64,000 nt of DNA from Phoronis australis (taxonomy: Eukaryota > Animalia > Phoronida), in contig NMRA01000786.1 in the NCBI GenBank assembly GCA_002633005.1, positions 81,653 to 145,652 of the forward strand. Reading direction: 5' to 3'. A program made the position numbers and the translations under genes. Below, in pieces: positions 53,443-64,000 of this stretch. Under the pieces are notes generated by a model. That model saw nothing but the letters and a program-made list of their open reading frames with translations, searched no databases and was not told the DNA's origin. Within the stretch, counting starts at the first letter, position 1. Each line of letters starts with the position of its first letter.

Positions 53443-53803
53443 CAGTGGCGCATCCAGGGGGCAACTATTTATCTCGGGGAATCGCGGAAAGTACGACTGC
53501 GCGGCCACACCCAGCCTAAAATGTAGGGGGGCTCGAATTTCTGAGAATGTTCACGACTAAAATAAAAAACGGGTAACCGGTTGCGACGGCAGCGGCCTGC
53601 CGCTTGCAATAGGAACTGCCAGTCCCCCCACGCACACACGCACACACAAACTGAAACTGCACACTTTGTTAAGACTTGTTTCAGTCGCATGTTAATTACC
53701 GGGGTTAGTTAATGAACTCAATATGTCCTCACCTCTGACTGTTTTATTTTTTCCTGCAGCCACTATGAAGGGGGGGCCTGCAAGCACCCTAAATCCGCCT
53801 ATG
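53443..53803. mobile_element. MITE with CAGTGGCG termini
   Basis: cagtggcgcatcc ... aatccgcctatg, flanked by caatt on both sides. Confidence 0.6.
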
Positions 53804-55562
53804 CAATTAACTTAAATGACAGACATCAAGACAAATAACACGATGACAAGTAATAATTCTACGCGTCGTTGTAGTCGTGGGGCCTGAGAGGTATCGGGGT
53901 GCCGTTCTGAGATCCGTACTGTTACACTGTGATTTGCACACTAGAAACTGTGTCGTACATAATTGGTGACGAGTGTGGTTGGAGTTTAGATGCCGTGATA
54001 CGGATGCAACCCGTAATTAGAGTTTGTTTCCTCCGCCTGAAGATAGAGTTCATGCCACCTGCATGTTGGGGCGTGTTGTCTGGGTACGTAGGCTACAAAG
54101 TGTCTGAAAAAACCTGTAGGTCTCCAGCGTTGCTTCAATGGAGCCATATCTGTGTTCATTCTACACCAAAATAGTTCGTCCGATCATAAAACAACCGCAA
54201 TTTCATATACATGTATGTACAAACCGGTATACAAAACAATTGTCCCAGCTCCATCATTTAGTCTCCACTCCTGTGACGGGAATTTTTGTGTATTTTTCTA
54301 ATATTTAAGCGCGTTTGGCCGGGTATCCTGGTCAGACATGAGCGTGTTTCCCTTACATGTTTATAATGTGACAGGTCATGTCGTGATATATATTGTCGCA
54401 CTCGACACCTGTTATCGTCCGCACGACAATGCTTAGCGACATTTAAGGCATATATTGTCGCACAAGACATATAATGTCGCCCCCATGGGGGTTGAGTCAA
54501 AAAAAAAACGCATGGGCGGATTTTTGTGGCGAATACTTTCGCCAAAATTCCCGCAATTCTTTGGGGAGTCTACTAGTCTATTTTGTTTCGAAGCTCACAT
54601 TACTGAGTGAAATTCGAACCTGACACAGCTAAGAATACCAAACTCACACTTCCCACTGGAAACTTGAGGCTACGGCAATTTCTAAGTTATTCCATAAGAC
54701 GCCGGAAGCCTTCCGGGACTCCTCGGAGGTGAACTTTATCTGCGCACGTGCGACCTTCAGTCATACGACCAATCATTCTCCAGCGTGAAAGCTTGCTGTA
54801 TAATTGAAATTTGCAAACGAGCAGATAACGTTCATCTTCAAGGAAAAATTTGGGGCTGCGAAGATATCAGAGTTGTTCCTGATAATGGAATCCTAGTTTA
54901 TGTTTGCATAATTTCCTGAACGATATGTAAAGACAATTTCACATACTTTGTGACGTTATATTCTTTATTCTTGCGTTCACTCGTCTTGGCCTAATTAAAT
55001 TATATTGCCACTTAAGAATCAAACGTAGTCCTTTTTCATCGATTATGAACAAACAGAGCATTTTATTCACAGCGTAATATTTAAATTGCAAGTGCATGTC
55101 CTGATTGCATCTTTACACTCGTTTTCATGTCCACAATTCTCGTCAGCACACGAACATGCACAAGGTCTTTCTGGCGAGATTTAAGACAAAACGTATTTGC
55201 TAGGTGTCATGCCATATGAAGTCGTACGGAGGTCGGAGGGTATTGTTTAACTTGCGACATCCATGACCAGCGTAAGCGCGTCGTTTGGTTGTCGCCTCTG
55301 GGACACTACCATTGTTTTCCTTTGTTTCATCTTTATTGGATATGCATGTAACAATACGGGTATCATGGCTATTGTACCTTGGGCTCACATCTCCAGTTAC
55401 GGATAAATGGTTGCCATTATCTTTGATAATACAGAAAAACAAAGTGAACATGGGATACCCCAATGTACCGATCTCTATACGACCAGCTTGCGACCTGGTT
55501 TGAACACGTCACACAGGCACTTAGCGGCTCGTTACATCCATCTTATTTCGAAGCACATCTTT

Positions 55563-58500
55563 CTACTGCCCGGGCCCTTCGGGTCCCATCGCCGTGTATC
55601 CACAATCCACAGGGATGTCAGCACCATCGATGTACATGGCGTCTTTACTACATAAGAAAGTTATCACTGACGCAACGCCAGCAGCTTTGATCAACACACG
55701 TGGAGTCATAAGGTTTTTGCAAAATGGGTCGTTCGTCTAGAAAAGAAAAAATTTTCCTATAGTATCTCTTGGCTTGTTTAGCACATACTATGGCATTCAC
55801 GAGAAATTTCACTATGTGTATTTTTTAACAAAACTGAAGATTACAAACATTTCAAATCTGGTCTGCACTCCGCTTAATGGCCACATCACGTGACCCACTG
55901 AGCATAAGTCCGAAAAGAATTCTGCCCCCGACTGGGACTCTAACTCAGGACCTTCTACTATCCGTGTAGACACTTACATGTAAGCCGCTGAGCCACCGGG
56001 ACTACCGGTCAAACACAATCATCCAATCAGACTTAGGAGTGGGCATCCCCTCATAAAATCGTGAGTGTAATTGTATATGCAAATCTTAAAGCGGTGTGGA
56101 ATTATGGAACACAAACATTTTAAAATGTGTGTTCAATGTTTTCTTTAATATTTACATATGCATGTACATTTAAAACTGAAGATTAATGTGTGTTTCCATC
56201 TGTTATTAGTTAACATTGTACATTTTTGATCTATTTTTAATATTTCCAACAAAGTTACCAGCCTTTGAACAATTGTGTTAACATTACCAAACCAATTCGC
56301 ACTTTCCATGTGCCCATTCGGCTTTGTTTTCGCATTTTCAAAGACAAATACTGAAACTTTTATAGATATTTTCATACTTTTTCAATTGGCACCAGGTTGT
56401 GAACACGAACAGAGACTTTCGTCGCATGCACTTATTTCCGTTACCTACCTTTTTTACCGATAGGACTAACCCCCGTGTTCTTGATGCGAGCCGGCGAAAA
56501 CAAAGATAACAACATTTAAATTTCCAAAACTGGAGCAATCCTATCAAGCCGAAGCTGCTAGTTTCAACCCGGGTCAAGTTAACAGTGCCTCGATAACTCT
56601 TCCGTTGACTTTAACAGGGGTCAGCATGCTCATTTTCTGACCCCAAAATATGACAGTGACAGATGCAGATCCTTGTTGTTACAAGTATGAGTACTTAGGA
56701 CCGATAACGGAGGATTTTCTCTCAAACACAGATACCAAAACAACAGTTTTTTCAAGGATGGCGCTGCATTCGGTTTTAAAACTTGGGTCTCAATTACAAA
56801 TCTTCTTAGTCACACAGCATTCATTATTGCCTAGGTTCATGTATTCTGATGTCTATGAATAATGCAATTTCCCAATTGTGTAGTGTTCTTACCCGAAATG
56901 TCGTCCACACCGCCCCTGGAGACACAGTATTAACCCTCACTCCGTGTGAGGACAGGTCAAGTGCCATACATTTGCTCAGCATCATGACAGCCCCCTTAGC
57001 AGCGCTGTAGCCGGACATGTTAATTCTCGCGCAGTGATTGTAGACACTGCCCATGTTCACCACTGCACACTCGGTTCCATCTGCGAAACGACCGAGAAGA
57101 AGACTCAATCACAACATTACGACAGAATGTTCTAATTAATTGGTGAATTTCATTTCAATTCCCAATTCAATATACAAGTAGTGCAAGATTCGCCAATTGC
57201 AAACTTAACAATGACACAGTCAAGAGCGGAAGTCAGCTGTGCAATAACTCTTGCCATGCACAACAAGCCCATCGACGCTGAATTCATTCGGACATCCCGA
57301 ATCCAACTCTCCTCTCTAGCAGAGGTACCTGTAGGTACATGTAGTTGTACATGTAGTTCACGAGTAGTCTAGTTTTAGAAAGGTAGTACAGTTAGAACTT
57401 TTTTGAGCAGAGTCGGACTGATTGATTGGTTGTTTGGATGGTTATATTGAGCAATCAATTTTAGATATAAATGAATGACAGTAAGGAAAAGACATGATAA
57501 GAAAGAAAACAAACAACTATGAACGATTTATCGCTCCTCACTAACCCAACTTTTCAATGTTTGAAGACCTCAAACCACGAAAGCTATGATTGTAACAAAG
57601 AATAAGGCCGTCCAGAATTACACAACGATGGAACTCGGAGGTACATGTATATGATAGAAAGTGCGTTGTTTTCACGGGCCTCGACATTTTCACAGGTCAT
57701 GTCGGAAGCTGTCGATGTGTGTGTTCTCCGGATTTAAACCCTTTAAGAGTACATTGTAGGTCTGTTGGAAAGGAAAGGTGTCAGAGAGGGGATTCTTATC
57801 GGTTCAAGATTAACCCGACGGACTTGCTTTTTCCAATTGCCGCGCATTTCCTTATCTTTTGTTAATGTCGGGAAAGCGAAGATCGTGACACCGTGCATCC
57901 ACACATGGTTTGTCAAGTTTTACTACACGTATATCTCCCGTCGAAGTTGCAACTCACAGCAAGTGCAGCAGCATCACTTCGTTGGCATTGGATGGACGAG
58001 TAGATTAATGCAGTTCAGAAAGACTTGTAAAGAATACCACAACAAAATGAACGTGTGAAACTCGAATGGCACGAAACAAGAAAGTGCTTGGTGGATACTG
58101 CGGCATGTTTGTAAATACAGTGAGATTCGAATTTCGATGGGTAAGCCGAGACCGGTCATGTTGAATAAGTCCTCGAATGATTTGAGGGTCTACCTTTCAT
58201 GAAGGGAAAGCAGGCTTGAACTATGTTGGATACACCAATAACGTTGACCTCCATCGTCTTCTTGAAAATTTCAGTCGGCAATTCTGTGAAGGCTGCAAAG
58301 CAAAACGTCACTTAATTGCTGCTGTGTCATTGCAACATTTCCCACATTGTCACCGTAGAGCGAGCATGCAGGCTACCCACGTGTAAAAACACCACACTCG
58401 AACCAGAAATCGTTAAGTATTGAAAAACCATCCAACAAACTCGTTTTGCGCATCACATTTTAACTCGCACATCATGATAAAAAGTTTGCCATTAGAAATC

Positions 58501-60293
58501 ATGTGCTGGGTCGTGGGAAGTCGGGGGGCCAGGGGGGCACGTGCACCCTAAAATTTTTGCAGGCAGCATCTGGGTTAAACCTTGGCAACCGACATAGGCG
58601 TGGGACCGTGGACAGTTGAGAAAAGAAAGACTGCGAATGAGGATATAAGAGAGAAAATTCAAGAGAACATTTCACAACATACATGTACATGTAGTATAGA
58701 GCAAGGTTTACCCCTTGAGGGCCCCCGACAGGATATCGCTGGTAAGCCGGGTCTCCGTCACTCTTTTCCAAGATTAATGGGGCTTCAAACTTCCGCTCAA
58801 TTTGTCTATAAACTCTGCTCATTATTTTCAAAATCGACAGTATTGCAAGACAATTTTCACTCAATGTAAAGTTGAGGCAAGATGTTTTTTGGTCAGTCAT
58901 CAAGATTTAGGCTACTCCTTAGTTGTATGTTCAAAAAGTTACATAAAGCTGCAAGGTGCTGTATGGTAGTAAGATGGTCACAATTAGCTAGGAATTATCT
59001 AGCACAAGGCCGTCCAATTTGAGCAAATGCCATATAATTATTTACAGTATGCTTTCAATTTGTTTTGTAAGTTACTTATTTTCGTTGCTGAAAACATGCT
59101 ATTTTGGAGACTGCTAATATGACCAACTGCGGCCTAGTGCTCCAGTGCCAAAATTAGGGGTCACTGGGTGCACAACATTTGGCATTTAGATTTTTTTAGT
59201 AGGATACTCATCCATGTACAAAAAATGCAGTTGTTTTGAATTTTGACGCATAGACTGAATATTGAAAATTTATTCAGTGGTTTTCATATAGACCACCTTT
59301 TAATATTCTCTTAACGGGCCCATACATTAGCAAATTTGTTGCGCAAAAGATTCACAGTCTGTAAGTTTCAACGTTTTTGACATCAAGATGACAGGTGACA
59401 TCGATAGGCTTACACTTAATAGCAATAAGCGAAAACGTACGGATAAATATGCTTTCGAAAGTCACCGCGCAGGTCACAAGAAAGTGGATCACGCCACCAT
59501 TGTAGTCTGCGAACCTTTTCGCCGACTCCACGCACTGGTTTTCGTTCGTAACGTCAACTTCGTAAAATCTTGCTTTCATACCCAGTGACGTCAATTTTTC
59601 TTCCAAAGCTTTCCCCAGGCTGTTGTTCAGGTCGAATATCGCAACAGATGCGCCATCATTACTGAAAATGATTTGTGTGTCAATGGTTTACTCAACTGAG
59701 GTCTTCAATAGCTTGCGTGCACCAAGGGGAGAGGGGCTCAAACGAGCCCCCGTGGGTAAAAAAGTCTGCCTTAGAGAAACAAAAAGCCCGAGAAAACGAG
59801 ACAAAAGTTCACTAAAAAGGTGCAAATTCACAACTCATAGCTCTGACGTGGTACCCAGTTTTTTGTTAGTACGTGTAAAAGATCCACACTGTCAAACATT
59901 CGAGCTCTCCTATATTTTAGGCAGGGTGCACGCATAAATACAAATGTAGATCAGGTATTACAAGGTTAACGGAGACTGAACTGTTGGAAGTACCATGAGA
60001 AATAGCCAGGAAAGTCACTCGGCTATATAAGAGTAAATTAACATGACTCCAATCGTTTGCCATGTACAACTGAATTATGCATTAATTGTGTGTCGACACT
60101 ACACTGTTCAGATTGCTCTCGGCTGCAGTCAACTAGCCGACACTCACCAAAATCGTTCCACAACCTCTCGTCCAATACCCCGGGCGCCGCCAGTTACTAC
60201 AGCAACTTTACCGCAAAACCGTCCCTTAGTCAAGGGTGCATCCAAGTCGGGCTGCTCGCAATTAGCATCGTACTTTCTTATCGCAGAATCCAT
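55563..60293 (-). CDS. Classical short-chain dehydrogenase/reductase, copy B (5 exons, 275 aa)
   Basis: Exons 60293-60148, 59661-59441, 58292-58194, 57080-56893 and 55736-55563; GT-AG introns; total 828 nt in frame. Motifs TGGARGIG, YSAAK, VRVNTVSPG. Confidence 0.9.
55905..56010 (-). mobile_element. tRNA-derived SINE head / tRNA-like remnant in SDR-B intron 4
   Basis: Minus strand gtcccggtggctcagcgg (A box) ... gaaggtcctgagttagagtcccagtcggggg (degenerate B box). Confidence 0.55.
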
Positions 60294-60739
60294 CAAGTAC
60301 GAAATGTTGGCTACGACCTTTTATCGGCAGAAGTTCTCGAGCGACACTACTTTCTGACCTAGCGGGAACAGTCACGCCACATTATTAACGTTAATTAATG
60401 TATTCGTGTTGTGTGTACATCTGTCTGTACATGTGTAAGTGCTTTGAATAGTCATAAACTAGGTCAGGCTAATAAATCAACGAATAGTAGGCAATAGGAT
60501 CGACAAACTCTTCCTTTACCTCTCCCTCTCTCTCTCTCTCTCACCCCTCCCCCTCACCATATTTTGCAAACCTGGTCGTCTTTATTGCACCCCAGACCAC
60601 CACTGTTTCTACTAGGCCGTAGTTTTGAACTGATGGCTGGGTAGAATACATCGTTTCTGATTTATAGGCGATGATTTTTCGCACCAGGTGCAAGCTGCAC
60701 ATTTATTGCGAAATAACACCTGCGCAGAATACTTAGAAT

Positions 60740-61760
60740 ATTTAGAAAACGCGGACCATTGAGAAAATACGAAAACTGGCATTTTGGAAATGACAAAATT
60801 GATGTTGTCTCATCGTATAAGTACCTGCAGTGGGTATTTGTTACTCCTAAGTTAGTCTGGACGCAAGCTACGGAAACCGTGTCTCACCAGGCACAGAAAG
60901 CAATTATTTCAATTAAACGTTTTCACTTAAAATGTGGACGACTTTCACAGAAAATTGCACTCAAGATTTTTTTTTATTAAATGTGTGCTCAGTCATTAGC
61001 TATGTCAGTGAGATTCGGGGATTTAAAGAATAATTATTCTAGTATCGAGCGCGTTCCATTGAAATTCTGAAAGCAACTGCTGGGAGCTACTGTTCAAATG
61101 ATGCTGTCGTGGGAAAACTGGGAAGATTTCCAATTTATGTAAAGCTGTTTGTTAAATTGATCAAATGTTGGTTTAAATTGTTAAAAATGCCAGCACAATG
61201 AAATCCAAAATCTGTCTATGACATGCTCGTCACATTGGATGAGGCTGGTAGGAAAAATTGGGATTCATCTGTTAGGAATCTGCTCCAAAGCTATGGCATT
61301 GGCTTGGTATGGCACAATCGGGGAGTTGGCTGCGAAGCATCTTTTCATGTCATCTTTGAGCAACAAAGTAAATATTGTTGTTGTTGTTTTACATGTACAA
61401 GATTGGAGATTTGCTGTGGAGAATAGCTCAAAACTTAATACATATTTCTCAGTTATAATTGATTTTAAAATGGAATCCTATCTGTTGCATGATATTCCAT
61501 ATAATCTTTTTACGTTGCTCGAATCATAACTTGTTGATAGAGAAAGATAGACATGCTCTTATGGACCAAAATTACCGTGTGTGTTGTTTGTGTGTGTCCC
61601 TAATTGAAGATGAATATCACTTCAAAAGTGTTTGAAAAAAATACTGTTCTCTGAGAAGCGCATTAAATTTTATACCTGAATGGTGCTGGCGTAAACCAAA
61701 TAAACAAAAAACTGTAAAGCTAATGAAAATGTCGGAGCCTATTGCTCAGATTAATCTAAT
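60740..61760 (+). mobile_element. 5'-truncated, decayed non-LTR retrotransposon (LINE) ORF2 3' part
   Basis: FRKRGPLRKYENWHFGNDKIDVVSSYKYL, AVVGKLGRFPI, NWDSSVRNLLQSYG and EDEYHF, with many frameshifts. Confidence 0.8.
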
Positions 61761-62392
61761 GAAATTTGTATTGAGAATCATGCCTCGAAAACGTCACGAC
61801 CCATGTTTGCTACCCATGCACGGTTTCAGCGTGGCAGGGCCGGCATCTGGTACTTGACGTAAGGTATCTTCTTTGGAGCTCTATCAGGAAATCTCGGCTT
61901 GTAAATTCCAAAGCGGTCTACTACGCAACGCAGGCAAATCTGAATTCCAATGTCGGAACTCAAATTGCATACGGACACGTCGCTGACCATTTTACTGATA
62001 GCAATAACTGATGCAGGCCCACTACAGAGCGCAGGTTAGGACGCACATTTGTCCTATTATTTGACGTACATAAAACCAATTCGTCTACTCAGCAAATACG
62101 TGCTTAGTTTCATTATATTATAATATGAACGTAGTCCTTTTTTATTGATAATCAGCTTTAGGGAATATAGAATTTTATTCACTCAGCATTTTTATATGGC
62201 ATGATCCTGTCCTGATTACATCTTTACACTCGTTTCCATGCCAACAGTTCTCGTCTGAATCATCAGCACATGAACACCCACGAGGTCTTGCTGGCTATAT
62301 TTAAGACAAAACGTATTTGCTTGGTGTCAGCGCCCACGTCATACTGGCAACTGGCAGCCTGTCATATCCACCTTATTTCAAATCACATCCTT

Positions 62393-63480
62393 CTACTGCC
62401 CGGGCCCTTCAGGTCCCATTGCCGCATATCCACAATCCACAGGGATGTCAGCACCATCTATGTACATGGCGTCTTTACTACATAAGAACGCGACCACTGA
62501 CGCCACGCCGGCAGATTCGATAAATGCACGTGGAGTCATCAGGCACTTACTGAACTCTGTTTCGTACTTGCCTCGTCGTTCAGTATCGCCATTGAGCTCC
62601 TACAAAACAGAAATCCGTCTAACTATAATTCTTCACCTGTTTAACACAGCATGACGGTCAAGTGGAATTTTATTAGGTCAACAAAACTACATGTAACTAT
62701 GAAACTGTTTTAATATGTAATTAGATTAATTAATTTCAGTCATTTCCAGAAAGGCAACCAGTCTTTGAAACTGGAAAGGGATTGTTTTGGCAATGAACCA
62801 TTTTCACTTTTCCCATATGGCTATTTGTTGCACTTTCCTTGACTTTACTCGTCTTTCGCGTTTTCAAACAAACTTTTGATACTCTTTCCGTTTGTACCAT
62901 TTTAACACAAAGTGTGTCATGTAACAAGTAGGCTCGTTTTAGAGTTACATTTTGACTGCCGAGACTTACTCCATGTTCTTCATGCAAACCAGTGAAAACA
63001 AAGATAAAAGTATCTAAATGTCAAGCCGAAGTTATAAGCTTCAACCTGAAAAAGGGTCAAGTTAGCAATGTCAAGGTGTATTTTCCTGTTGATTACAAAA
63101 AGTCAGTGAACTACCGTATACAATGACTGTCAACGGGGTCAACATGTTGGTTTTCAGACCCCAAAAAAGTGATAATGACCTGGGCGGAATCTTATGATTT
63201 TGTGTAATTAGAAACTGCATGTGGTTTTAAAATAAAGGCAACAGTGGCAAATCGTTTCAATCACAAAGTAGGCTGTTTAGTGTTCTTACCTGGGCCGGCG
63301 TCCACACGGCCCCTGGAGACACAGTATTAACCCTTACTCCGTGTGAGGACAGGTCAAGTGCCATACATTTGCTCAGCATCATGACAGCCCCCTTAGCAGC
63401 GCTGTAAGCGGACATGTTAATTACTGCGCAGTGATTGCGGACACTACCCAAGTTCACCACGGCACACTCGGCTCCATTCT
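62393..63480 (-). CDS. Classical short-chain dehydrogenase/reductase, copy C (last two exons only; 5' part beyond the window)
   Basis: Exons 63480-63290 (YSAAK, VRVNTVSPG) and 62599-62393 (..VDCGYAAMGPEGPGQ*), with the same intron phases as A and B. Confidence 0.88.
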
Positions 63481-64000
63481 CTGAAACGTTCAAGTGGGAG
63501 ACTAAGCTAACAGTAGAATGTTCCAGATAAATTTCATTTCAAGTCCCTTTTGAATACATGTACTAGTAATTGAAAAACAGAGCATTTGTCATCAGTAAAC
63601 TAATGATGGCATTTAAGGGCGGAATCCTTACCACTCCCAAAAGCACATTCCTTCCTCCTCACGAACTCTTGTCACTCACGGTGAGCTTACTGCAGCTGAA
63701 TGCCGGCATCCCGAATCCAACTCTCCTCTTTAGCGGAGGTACGAAAATACATCTCATAAGTAGCGTAGTTTTCGAAAACTACATGTACGCCTAGTATCGC
63801 TAAAACACCTTTAAAATGAGTAGAGCTGATTGGTTGATCGATTGGCTGGTTTTATTTGACTATAACCATAATGTATGTACTAAATATAACTGAATATGCA
63901 AAGATGACACGATAAGAAAATAAATAAGCCTTGCTGTGCCTTACTAACCAGCTTTTCGTTTTAGTTATTTGTTTTTTAAATTATTATTATTTTTGATATC

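Noticed and set aside
55905-56010. Functional tRNA gene
   Set aside because: The B box is degenerate, the D/anticodon region is disrupted and there is no clean cloverleaf; treated as SINE-like.
4113-63790. Frequent TACATGTA palindromes
   Set aside because: They are scattered through introns and TEs alike, which points to a genome-wide compositional feature rather than a locus-specific signal.

Overview
Eukaryotic, AT-rich, intron-containing DNA, most likely from an invertebrate animal (species cannot be determined from the sequence). There is a 977-N gap at 23892-24868. The left ~47 kb is mostly decayed transposons: a Sola3-like remnant, two Academ elements, a MULE remnant, solo-LTR and MITE pieces, and a three-level nest in which an Academ sits in a Gypsy integrase and that Gypsy element sits in a hAT transposase, with junctions and target-site duplications readable. 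The right end carries a minus-strand tandem cluster of short-chain dehydrogenase/reductase (SDR) genes: two complete 5-exon genes and one cut by the window edge. The most notable feature is an intact, uninterrupted 400-aa ORF at 29785-30987. It combines ADP-ribosyltransferase-like motifs with two adjacent C-terminal CCCH zinc fingers. Upstream lie a promoter-like module that is duplicated in inverted orientation 5.6 kb away and an 81-bp palindromic tandem array built from the same ~25-bp motif. All family assignments come from motif recognition by eye, not database searches.
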